Positions 1 to 10,490 of a stretch of 64,000 bases of DNA are shown here, piece after piece (within the stretch, counting starts at the first letter, position 1; the number at the start of each line of letters is the position of its first letter). The notes under the pieces were generated by a model. That model saw only the letters and a list, made by a program, of their open reading frames with translations. It was not told where the DNA came from and searched no databases. The stretch comes from Octopus sinensis. Taxonomy: Eukaryota. The stretch covers positions 61,566,001-61,630,000 of the forward strand of contig NC_042998.1 of assembly GCF_006345805.1 (NCBI RefSeq), read 5' to 3'. Made by a program: the position numbers and the translations under genes.

Positions 1-276
1 AAGCACCATTTGAGCATGATTATTGCCAGTGCCACCTGACTGGATCCTGTGCCCGTGGCATGTAAAAAGCACCATTGAGCGTCGCCGATGTCAGTACTAC
101 CTTACTGGCCCCTGTGCCAGTGGATCGTAAAAAGCAACTACTGCACTCTTGGAGTGGTTGTCATTAGGAAGGGCATCCAGTTGTAGAAACTTTACCAGAT
201 CAGATTGGAGCCTGTCCTCAGTCAAACCGTCCAACACATGCCAGCATGGAAAGTGGACGTTAAACGATGATGATGA
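1..276 (+). mobile_element. 3' UTR/tail of RTE-type LINE (or derived SINE) ending in (GAT)n
   Basis: Same motif series (gtggttg..ttaggaagggcatccag.tgtagaaac...catgccagcatggaaag.ggacgttaaacgatgatgat) follows the RTE ORF remnant at 36550-37137. Confidence 0.7.
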
Positions 277-765
277 ATATAATGACTAGCATCCCAAATA
301 TTTGTGGTGTTGTGTTAAAGCAAAAACTGAATTGTAATTGTTATCATTGTTGTTACTGAAAACATACTGTTTTGGCATCAGTCGTATCCCATCAGATGAT
401 ATAAGTTACAGGGTTTGGTTTTGGGCCCCCTGTGCTCTCAGATGAGATCAGTTTCGCAGTTCAATCACCCCCACTAAACATGAACCAGTAATACAATGAG
501 GTTAATTCAAAGAAATATTTCTCTCCACACCATGAATAGTTTTTTAAACATTTAAACATTATTTTGTATCTTGTAAACAACACTAATTTAAACATTTAAT
601 TACGTTCATTTGTTAGTTTATTGTTGAAAAATATTGCCGTATTTAAATTAAAACTCAAAGTTAATACCTTATCACTCCACATTCAATTTAACTTATATTT
701 ATTATGTCTGATTCCTAACTGTTGATATTTTTTTTAATTCTTTAGACTACAAACTTTTTCAATAG

Positions 766-889
766 AATTTGCAATGTCAAATGTGTTCAACAAACAAGTG
801 CACTGATTCTGATGTGACAAGTTGTCCAGGTAAATGTCAAATGTGTTCAACAAACAAGTGCACTGATTCTGATGTGACAAGTTGCTGAG
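766..889 (+). pseudogene. Disrupted exon encoding N-terminal half of a Ly6/uPAR three-finger domain
   Basis: After acceptor tttttcaatag (765) reads NLQCQMCSTNKCTDSDVTSCPG (LxCxxC...C...C Ly6 pattern); an internal duplication leads to in-frame TGA 886-888; donors CAG|GTAAAT (829) and GAG|GTAAAT (889); alternative acceptor at 745. Confidence 0.6.
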
Positions 890-895
890 GTAAAT
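773..895. repeat. 60-bp-period tandem duplication inside the exon
   Basis: aatgtcaaatgtgttcaacaaacaagtgcactgattctgatgtgacaagttg occurs twice, 60 bp apart. Confidence 0.95.
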
Positions 896-1082
896 TAAGA
901 TGTTATTTTTTACTTTTGTGTTATATGTCACTAAAATATAAATATCTGAAAATTGTGTAAATATTGTCTTATGAGTTGATGTTATGATATCTTCCTTCAA
1001 AATACTTTCATCACAATTATTTGAGTCGTAAATCATCTAAATTCATCTTATAGAAAGAAGATATCCCTCACAAGAGTCATAG

Positions 1083-1176
1083 AAAAACAAACGACCCATA
1101 ATCACTGATCTTGCAATAAGGAAATGAACTAGTTTGCTTGTTGCAAGATCAGTGACCATGTGTGACTTTGTTTTCA
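1083..1176. repeat. Imperfect hairpin/inverted repeat
   Basis: tcactgatcttgcaataag (1102-1120) pairs with cttgttgcaagatcagtga (1137-1155); looser pairing extends outward. Confidence 0.7.
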
Positions 1177-1855
1177 ATGTATTGCTAGCTGGAGTGAACT
1201 CCTGCTATTTCTAGTGCGCGAGTATCCACCAATGAGTATGACCACAAAGATGTTAAAACCATATAGTCAAGTGGTCTCGTGATTAGAAAAATGTGGGGGT
1301 TCTCTCCCCTGTTTGGAATATACATCATATATAATGGGTGTAGATTGTATTGAATAACCAGCTGGAAGAGGCGTCCTCCTGGGGTTAAAAATAGCAGTAA
1401 TGTTGATCTCTATGGAAGAGCCATGTTTAAGTGGCAATAAACATTACTTCTCAGTATTGCTAATGCTTTTATTTGTTATAGAGATTTTCTAACCAGCTAA
1501 TTTGTTTGTTATGTATATATAAATATGTTTGTTATGGACTCTTTTGTCGTTAGACGATGTATGAGAGTCCGGCAAATTCTTACCAAACAACAACACTGAT
1601 GATTGTTTATAGTGATCAAACGTCTGTGTTCACATAAGCTCATTCCCTCCATCATATCGATATTACCTGTACATGTACACCATGTGCTACATGTCAGGTG
1701 ACAAAATGATTGCAGAGCAGTGTAAAATGAAGTGCTTTGCTCAAGAACACAATGCAATGCCTGGCATGGGAATTGAAACCACAATCTTGCAATCATGAGT
1801 GCAACACCGTAACCACTAAAGCCATACATGTGTGTGTGAGTGTGTGTGTGTATAC

Positions 1856-2082
1856 GGCCGATGCCAGTATCCCCTGACTGGCCCCTGGGGTTAGTGGCAC
1901 GTAAAAAGCACCCACTACACTCACGGAGTGGTTGGCGTTAGGAAGGGCATCCAGCTGTAGAAACATTGCCAGTTAAGATTGGAGCCTGGTGCAGCCTCCT
2001 GGCTTGCCAGCCCTCAGTGAAACCATCCAGCCCATGCCAGCATGGAAAACAGACGTTAAACTATGATGATGATGATGATGAT
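1856..2082 (+). mobile_element. RTE-type 3' tail/SINE
   Basis: Same tail family as 1-276, ends in (GAT)n. Confidence 0.7.
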
Positions 2083-2341
2083 ATATTATATATATATGTC
2101 TGTGTGTGTGTATATGTATATATATATATATGTGTGTATCTATGTATATACTTGTATGTGTGTGTGCATGTGTGTACCTTTAAAATTCCTAATACTTCTT
2201 TCCCTGTATCATATAACATCCTTCTCTTTGTATATGCAAACGTTATACTTTCTTTCTTTGTAACTTCTGGAAGTTTCATGTTTTTATGCCCTTTAGTGCC
2301 TTTGTGACTGATAAAACAAACAATATTTTTATAATCATTGT

Positions 2342-2377
<36 letters not shown>

Positions 2378-2423
2378 CAGCAGCAACAGCAGCAATAACA
2401 ACAGAAGCAGCAGCAGTAGCAGT
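2342..2423. repeat. (TAG)n/(CAG)n microsatellite just upstream of a splice acceptor
   Basis: Direct reading. Confidence 0.9.
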
Positions 2424-2450
2424 ATATAACTTTTATATTTATTATTACAG

Positions 2451-2634
2451 CCTGTATGTCAGAATACAATTTCAATAACTGGTATGACATGGAAGTTAGA
2501 AAGATCCTACGGCACATACAGAAAATGTGTTGAATCTATGAGAAACAATGCCCTTACTTGTAAGACATGGAGTAGTGGAACTTCTTGCGTTAATTGTTGC
2601 ACTGGAAAGTTGTGTAACAAGAGAGGTTTCTATG
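2451..2634 (+). CDS. Exon encoding C-terminal half of Ly6/uPAR three-finger domain
   Basis: Acceptor ttttatatttattattacag|, donor G|GTAAGT; open frame PVCQNTISITGMTWKLERSYGTYRKCVESMRNNALTCKTWSSGTSCVNCCTGKLCNKRGFY with the diagnostic CCxxxxCN; phase 0 start, phase 1 end. Confidence 0.8.
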
Positions 2635-3004
2635 GTAAGTGTCATTTATTCTTTGATGTAATTACGCCTGATTTATTAATGTTTAAGATGTTATATAATT
2701 GACATATGAGAAAATATTTTATGATAATTATACATAAAACATGACATAACAATACTGTAGCAAGCACGATAGTAGTATGTGTGAAGCAAGGGTCAATAAT
2801 TCCATGGGAACCTATAAAAATATCACCTTTGCCAAGGAATCAGATTTAATCTCACAAACTATTGATATATGATTGCAAGACGTCTTGGCACCACATATAT
2901 ACATGCATACATGCAGTCGTGTGTGTGTATATATATATATGTGTGTGTGTGTGAATCGTTGATGATTTTCTTCTTCCATCTTCCCTTCTATTGGACTTTA
3001 CTCT

Positions 3005-3040
3005 GTTTCTGAAGAAGAGCGTCTGTTCGAAACGTTAAAC
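3005..3040 (+). ncRNA. Minimal type-I hammerhead ribozyme motif
   Basis: gttt-CTGAAGA-a-gagc(gtct)gttc-GAAA-cgtt-aaac: stem I gttt/aaac, stem II gagc/gttc, palindromic ACGT stem III, GUU triplet. Confidence 0.6.
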
Positions 3041-3106
3041 CATCTTTCTTTCCTTCCCTGAGCGTCTGCTAATACATCACTTGTAACCGTACTCGCGTTG
3101 TTGTGT

Positions 3107-3220
3107 TTTTTGTGTTTGTTCTTTTTTTTATTTTGGGATTAATATATATATATATTATATATATATATATATATATCTATATAATCCAAAAATAAAAAAA
3201 GAGAACAAACAAACACAAAA
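3107..3220. repeat. Inverted repeat around a (TA)n core
   Basis: ttttgtgtttgttc...ttttgggatta versus taatccaaaaataaaaaaagagaacaaacaaacacaaaa. Confidence 0.65.
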
Positions 3221-3883
3221 TATATATATATGTATACTAAACGGTTGGATCCGGTGTTGCTCATGTTTTCCGTGTTGAAGTTAAGCCCACCTCTGACCTT
3301 GTATTGAAATCGTCTATGTTCCCCTTGCCAACTAGTACTCATTAAGATGTATGCCGCATTCAACTTATGGACATCAACTGTAATCACGTGTAACATATCT
3401 TGAAAATCGATAGAATAGTCTCTGAAAAAAGCTGACTCACTCTTGTTGCCTTCTAATTCCTCTGGAATTAAGTTAAAACCTTTGCCATCTCCCTTACCTC
3501 AAAATTTACCAAAATTTCAAATTTCATTAAAATCAGATGAAGAATATAACATTTACAGTCAAAAATAAAATCCTCGTGGTTATTTGCATGCAAAAGGCCT
3601 ATTGATTTTATAAAGCCACTGCTCATGCGTAATTATCAACTTTTTGTAAATGCTATATACTGACATCAACTCACTGCCATGTGCCTCACTCACTCATTGA
3701 TCTTCATAAAAATTGGACAAAAAATACAAAAGTTGCAGGAAAAATAACATCGTTATAGGAATTTCCATTCAAACGCCCGATTGAGCTCGCAAAAATCGAT
3801 GCCACATGAGCATTATCGAGCTTTTGAAAAATTCTGGCTTATTTGAACTTCAGGGCTTAGATCTACCTTGCCACAAAATCATT

Positions 3884-3983
3884 NNNNNNNNNNNNNNNNN
3901 NNNNNNNNNNNNNNNNNNNNNNNNNNNNNNNNNNNNNNNNNNNNNNNNNNNNNNNNNNNNNNNNNNNNNNNNNNNNNNNNNNN
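3884..3983. other. Assembly gap (100 N)
   Basis: Run of N. Confidence 1.
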
Positions 3984-3984
3984 G

Positions 3985-4730
3985 GTGATGGACCTGGCCT
4001 ATGCAGATGCATTGCGCTCTGGGGCTCTAACCGGGCAGATGTCCAAGATACTCTCGAAAGAGTGCATGCTGCGGCGGCAGCTGTTGGTCTTCGGATCAAT
4101 GCTGGCAAAACTAAAGTGATGACGTCTCTGGTCGCAGCAGAGGAATGGCGGCCAATCGTTCTTGAGGGCATGGAGCTGGAGGATGTGGAGTCCTTCGTCT
4201 ACCTGGGTCCAACAGTGGTTCCAACGGACCAGGGCGCAGCCGAGGTCGAGCATCGCATAGATGTTGCCAGGTCTGCATTCGTGCGCCTCCAGCAGTGCCT
4301 GTGGGACAGAAGAGAGATCTTCTTGGTGACCAAAGGGCGAATCTAGCAGGTTGTCATTCGTACTATCCTCCTCTATGGTTGTGAAACATGGCCTATAAGG
4401 GTCGCCGATTAGCAATGGCTGGAGGTGTTCGACAATGACTGTCTCCGCTGCATTCTTCACTGCCGACGCATTGATCGGGTTCCTACAGCCGGTCTTCATC
4501 ACCTCCTGAATCTCCGGCCTCTCCCTTTGGTGCTTTTACAATGGTACTTAAGGTGGTTCAGTCATGCGGCCCGGCGTCCAGAGGATGAGCTGATTCGCGA
4601 TGTCCTCTTCCCACCTCCACTTCCCAGCTGGCGCAAATGCACAGGCGGACAGTTGAAAACCTGGGCAACGATGATAAAGGAGGACCTCTCCGAATTATCA
4701 GGTCGGCAGGTGGTCGGTCTGCGCAGATGG
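3985..4730 (+). mobile_element. RTE-clade LINE RT C-terminal fragment (decayed)
   Basis: DLAYAD, GLRINAGKTKVM, VESFVYLG, LLYGCETWP, LRWFSHAARR motifs with stops and frameshifts. Confidence 0.85.
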
Positions 4731-4965
4731 AACCTTGTAGCAGTTGACTATGGTGCTGCTTCGCCAGTCATTGAGTATGACTCCATTATGAACTACCCGG
4801 TTTACAATGTGGGTGGCGCGGCCATAGCCTACACTACCAGAGGCTTTAAGCATCTCAACAGTGATTCCGGATGGGCCAGGGGCTTTTCCTGGCTTCATAC
4901 CCTTAATTGCTTTATCTACTAGGGAGCTGTCTATTGGGATAGCTGGTCCCTCAACTGGGTCGACA
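4731..4965 (-). mobile_element. RTE LINE fragment
   Basis: VDPVEGPAIPIDSSLVDKAIKGMKPGKAPGPSGIT, homologous to 34880-35100. Confidence 0.85.
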
Positions 4966-4975
4966 TATATATACA

Positions 4976-5184
4976 TGTGAAGTATACTTGCCATCTCACT
5001 ATGGCTAACCACTAAGGGTGGGTGTTACTGTAGCCCCAGGAGAACATCGTCTCCAGCTGGCTTTAGGCACACTTTATGTGCCCTTATGGTATTTGCAAAG
5101 GGAGGTCACCCTTCCCTCATCAACCTAAGGGATATGCACGGACTGTAGTTTCTAGGTTTTCACCTGTCATCAGCGTACGACAAT
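4976..5184 (-). mobile_element. Hammerhead-bearing non-autonomous element (Penelope pLTR/retrozyme-like)
   Basis: Related to 22750-22930 and, more loosely, 1335-1452; starts with a hammerhead on the minus strand. Confidence 0.55.
5136..5178 (-). ncRNA. Type-I hammerhead ribozyme, GUC site
   Basis: Minus strand gtacg-CTGATGA-cagg(tgaaaa)ccta-GAAA-ctacaGTC-cgtgc: 5-bp stem I, stem II with one C-A mismatch, stem III ACT/AGT. Confidence 0.75.
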
Positions 5185-5447
5185 CACCGGTTTTCGATTA
5201 ATTCTTTATTACGATTATAAAATCAGTACATAGAAGAACAATACAGGACATACATACAAAAAAACAGTTAAGTGGTTCGTTTAAAATTTCCACAATATAT
5301 GGATTATTCATTATACAAAAACTGTATTTAAATTGTCCTTTGCATTGACTAATATAACATTACATTGATTGAAATCTTACCGATATATTTTAAACCCCGG
5401 CAACCTATAAGGCCCCGCAGCTTTCCTTTCCTCTTCTACATCCATAG

Positions 5448-8400
5448 TTAAACTGGGTTTCTGACACCCACCTTTTTCGCAACTTCCTTCCATCTTTTTT
5501 CATACACACCTCGTGGTAAGGTCTTCTTTTCCAGCCCCATTTTGCTCTTCAGATGATATCTGAAGTAAGTGAGCAAGTCGGGGCCTGAGACAAAGGATCC
5601 TATTGCAACTCCTTCCATTCTTGTACGCCACATGCATTCTTTTACTACTGCAACCGTGCAGTGAAAACATGCCTCACCTTCCTTCGAGAGTCCAGTTGGC
5701 GGTATCATCTTAATCATAGACTCAGCCGACAGCTGTACTCGTCCCAGATGCGATAACACGTGTTCTGCGTAACTTATCAAGTCTGACAACTGCCAACAGT
5801 GTACAAAAGCGTGCTGGACGGTTCATCGTCCAACCCGCATCTTGGACATGTCGGTGGCACTGAAATTCCGTGCCGCGATAACTTCTCCGAACAGGTAAAG
5901 CATTCCTATAACACTGCCAGGCCAGGGATCTTTGGAAATTATCCAATACCCCCGTCCTGAAAGTCTTTTTAAACAGGACGTCGTCGTTCTTTGCCTCTAC
6001 CAGCCTGCTATAAAATACCGAGGTGGTATTTCCGCAGCCGCCTGGCCCGCCTTGTCGATCAGCGTGAGTGCCTGTCGGCACTCCTTTTGCCATAAAGTCA
6101 GATTCCGTCTTTTGATGCAACCGGTTTTAAATTCACTAAGGAAGCCGGTCCTCGGGAAAAATTCCCCTGCCAGCGGACTCCACATCTTATCACCTTCCAG
6201 GTGGTGCCAGAGATGCTTCAGCCTCAACGCATGTCTGCGCATCATCAACCAAGGCATTCCTAACCCACCCTTTAAACGGTTCCTGGCAGCAAACGGAGCG
6301 CCTCACAATGGCTTTCCTTCCTCCCTTCCACAAAAGCGGAAAAGGATTCGCTCCAACTTGCTAAGCCATGAATCGGGGCAAGGGACAACGGTCAGCGGTG
6401 AGTGATTACAGATGCAATAAACATCTGTACCACCTCCGCCCTTCCTTTCAAGGACAGAAACCTTCCGGACCAGGTCCGTACTATGTCCTCCACCTTTCCC
6501 GTCACCTCACTCCAATTCCTCTCCGTTTGGGAGTCTGGCCCAAACCAAACTCCTAGCAACTTAAAGGACCATCTGTCCAGTGTCCCACGGCACTGGACGA
6601 TATCGACTTGCTCCTCCAGGTGCCGAGGCGTAAGCCAATCGACTTGTCCTTGTTAACTTTTGCTCCTGCCACCGCCTCGTATCCTCTGATAGCATCTTCT
6701 ACACAAGGTAGCTGAGCCTCATTGGACACGATGAGGGTGACGTCATCCGCATAAGCAGAAAGTCCTCCCGCCTCCGATCTCATCCGGGTTACTTCCCAGC
6801 CTCTCCAACTTTCGCAGCAATGGCTCGAGAGCCAACATGTACAAAAGTGGTGACAAGGGGCACCCTTGACGAACTGAACATTCGATCGAAAACGGTTCCG
6901 TTAGGTAACCATTTATCTGGACGGTGGACTTGATGCCGCTATACATAGCGGAGATCCACCCGCGAATTCAGGGCCCAGTCCAGCCGCTTCGAGACCGTCG
7001 CCAGGTACTTATATGGTCTACCCTATCGAACGCTTTACTTTGTCTAAATGGACCATTACCCCGCCCTTGCCGGTTAATTTACCCACCCTATCTAAGGTGT
7101 AGCGTATAAGGTGAAGTTGTCCTGGATCGACCTGCCTGGAATTGCACATGTCTGTGCTTTCCCTACAAGTTTCTCCACGACAGTCGTCAACCTTTTTGCC
7201 AACACCTTGGCCAAAATCTTTAACTCTACATTAAGTAGAGTTATGGGCCTGTAATTACTAATGTTATCCCCCTTGCTCGGGTCTTTCTGGATTAGCGTCA
7301 CCACTCCCCGGCTTACAGAACTGGGAATTCTCCCGTTCTGCTGCCAGTTCGCGTAGACGCCTGCCAGTATTCCCTCGAACAAGTCCGGCATACTTTGATA
7401 GACCATCCAACCCCGGCGACTTCTCCCCGGCGCATCCGCCAGTACCCCCCTCTATCTCCGCGGGAGTGATCGCTCCTTCACAGCACTCCACCTCACGCCC
7501 CGAGAGCCGCGGTCCGCCGGCTAGGAAGTCCTTAAAGGCCCTCCCCCTCCAGCGAACCACCACCCGAACGCGCGGGCGAAATGCTGATGAAGAACTTTTG
7601 CATCTCCTCCTGTCCATAGATCTTGTGTCCCTGTTCGTCAGTTAAAGACTTGATTGAAGCTTTATTGCCTCTCTGACTCTCCACTCGACAGGCCCATCTG
7701 GCAACGTTAATACCTTCTCGTTTCCCTGCGCGTAGCTTAGCTCTAACTCTGCAACCTTCGTGTTTAGAGTTAAGGTGACGGTACAATACCGTCCTTGCTG
7801 CCATCACTCCGGATGCAGAGCCAGATTCCATTGCCTCGTTTAGATTCTTAACTAAATCGTCCTCTATCCTAGACCTATCTAACCTTAGCTGATTGCTAAA
7901 TCTAATGGACTCTGAACGAATGGCTCTTTTGAGGGAGTGCCACCATCTATTGTTAATGATGGTGCCACATAATGCCCTCTGTACTAACACCTTAATCCGG
8001 GTACGGAAGTCTTCACAATTCAAAATAGACTTGTTCAGCTTCCAGTACCCGGGTCCCTGTCTATGACACTTATCTAATTGCACCCTACAAGTCACAAATT
8101 TGTGATCCGTGTAAGGCACAATGTGAAACTGTGCACAACTAAACGTATCCTTATCTCTTTTCCTAACGAATATCCTATCTATATACGATCTGCGTGAGCC
8201 GTCGTTGTTACTCCACATCCACTGTGGAACGCTCGGCTCATCCAGTCGATAACGGTCTACTAGATTAAAGCTCTCTAGTAGACCCTTGAGGCTAGGGTTC
8301 CCCTTCCTATTGGTTGAGCCAACACTGTCGACCCGCGCTTCGAGGACAGCGTTAAAGTCTCCTACTAAGACTACCGTTTCCGACGTCACTAAAAAGTGCT

Positions 8401-8770
8401 CCAGATTCCGAAAAAAACCCGACTGCCTACACTCATTCGGAGCGTAGACAGCTACCAACCTGAAGGACTGTTTACTTACGTGGGTCACATCCAGAACGAC
8501 CAGCCTGCCTTCTGGGTCCAGAAAGACAGTACTTACCTACAAGTCCAAGCTCTTCCTGATAAGGACTGCCACGCCTCTTCCTCTTCCTCGGCTAGGAGAA
8601 ATAAATTTCTCGAAAACATTTAGAAGAGGCGAGAACGCTTGGGCCCCGTTCATCTTGGACTCGGTTACAATAGCTACGTCCACTCCGTGTGTCGTGAGGT
8701 CGTTCAGGAGACAAATTTGTTTCCATTTCGACCCCATTCCACGCACATTCACACAACCCAGCTTTGCCAT
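5448..8770 (-). pseudogene. ORF2 (APE endonuclease + reverse transcriptase), frameshifted
   Basis: MAKLGCVNVRG, VYAPN, VGDFNA, YIDRIF, YTDHK, KSPGLDGL, NYRPITLLN, VRQGCPLSPLLY, AYADDVT across ORF-track fragments. Confidence 0.9.
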
Positions 8771-8819
8771 TGTCGGAGAGAAAGAGAAAAAAAATAAACT
8801 TACGGTTGGGACAGGAGCA

Positions 8820-10237
8820 TGACAGTTTAAATCTGCATGCTTCCCCTCTTCCTCCCTTGTGGTCGTAGCTGCAGGGCTCTTAACCGGCGTTGCCATCGGG
8901 CTCTGGGTAGGTGTGGTTGCCGGGGTTATAGTAAGTTTGCCCTCCAGTATTTCGTTAGTTACGTCTCTGATAAGGTTATTTTTTTAAATGTTCTTGGAGT
9001 GTTTTTTCCTTCCACTCGTCTTCCTTTATTTTTGCAAAACGAGTGGTCGACTTAGTGTCTTCAGACTTACTGTATAATTTCAATTTTGAAAATTTTAAAT
9101 ATTTAAACACTCTATCGTTCCTCTCGTCGAATGCTACAATCTTTTCATTTTTTTTAATCAATTTTTTCCAATCTTGTTTTATGGGGAGGGGCTTGGCGAA
9201 CTGTGTTCTAATGAATACAGTGCCGTGGGGGTAGGGCTGGGGAATTTGTTTTGTATGTATCTCTGCGGTGTTTGCTGATTTTTTCTTTTTGTTTGGGAGG
9301 GGAGTCCAGGGTATTTTCTTTTTTTCTTTTGTGTGTCACCTGTGTAAATTTCATTTGTTCATTTTTTCTTCCGTTTCGATTCCCTTCCTTGTCGCAGTCT
9401 TGGGGTCTTTTTCCGCCTTTTCTTTTTCTGTGTTTGAAGCACTTTGAGGAGGGGCTTCGCTGTTTTTCTTTTTTTTATGCAGTTCGAGCGGACGTGACCC
9501 TTTTCACCACATTTGAAACACCTAGGTCTGCGCCCCTCCACTGACACTCTCATTGTAATTCCCTCCTCATAAATACCCTATCGGGTAAGTTTTCTAGCAC
9601 ATTATTTTCTGCTTGAACGAGGAGTTCGAGCGCTTGTCCCTTCCAGTTTACCTCCTCTTTCCTTTTCATCATCAGAATTGAGACTTTCTGCTCTACGTAC
9701 GTGCAGAACCGCCGCTGCTGCTACCCACATTATATCATATCCTCTTGGAATGTCTTCCACATATAGTTTTGCAGTTCTTTTGCCCATATAGGTAGGTAGT
9801 AACATGATGTCCTCACTTTTTAAGGTCATCGATGAAATCTCTCTTGCCACATCAGCCGAGTCGAAATGTGCTTCAACGGTAGCGCTGCGGGGCACCTCGA
9901 CCGACGTAGCGAATTTTGTTCCACACCGGGGACAAGCACTTCTCTACTATTTCGTTCTTCCGTCCATTATTTTTTCTCTTTGTTACTGTAAACCTTGTAC
10001 ACGACTGTCTTGGCCTTTATTTCCTGTAATATCGCTCGCGGCGGTACCAGTTTTATTTCGTTGCCTTCCTTTTTGACCAAGTTCCGGTATTCGAACAACT
10101 GTTCTATTTTGAATTCCACTTCCGTTACGGTTCCCCGCCCACTGCGCCGAAAAAGACTGTTTTCTAACTTCGATATCCTTCTGTTCGCCTTTTCCCATCA
10201 CGGGAAAGTCGCTCCTCGACGCCAAGTCGAACTCCAT
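8820..10237 (-). pseudogene. ORF1 gag-like protein with CCHC zinc knuckle, frameshifted
   Basis: RPRCFKCGEKGHVRSNC in the 9359-9553 fragment; lies upstream of ORF2. Confidence 0.8.
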
Positions 10238-10490
10238 TTCTCAATTATGAGAACCAATTTTTTCAATAAAAAAAAAAAAAAAAATTACCCCGAAGGTAAT
10301 AACAATGTTTATACACAGAATTTTCAGCCCCGTTGGGCGAAAATTACTGTCACACAACAGACAACTGTTCAATTCACGAGCAAACACAAACAACGACGAA
10401 CAAAAAACGAACTCACTCAACAAAATAGGCAGCTAACTTCTCAATACGCAGATGAAAGAGGGGTCCCTAGACGAGTCAAAACACCGGTTT

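Larger units (their letters stand above)
5194..10481 (-). mobile_element. Near full-length Tx1/L1-clade non-LTR retrotransposon, copy 1
   Basis: 5' UTR, ORF1 with zinc knuckle, ORF2 with APE endonuclease and RT, AATAAA at 5205-5210 (minus strand). Confidence 0.9.

Noticed and set aside
1660-1700. Cys-rich mini-ORF ITCTCTPCATCQ followed by GT as a possible exon
   Set aside because: No convincing acceptor; adjoins a SINE CORE-like segment on the opposite strand
3235-3883. Unique-looking block next to the gap, possible DNA transposon or exon
   Set aside because: No termini, ORF motif or second copy identifiable by eye
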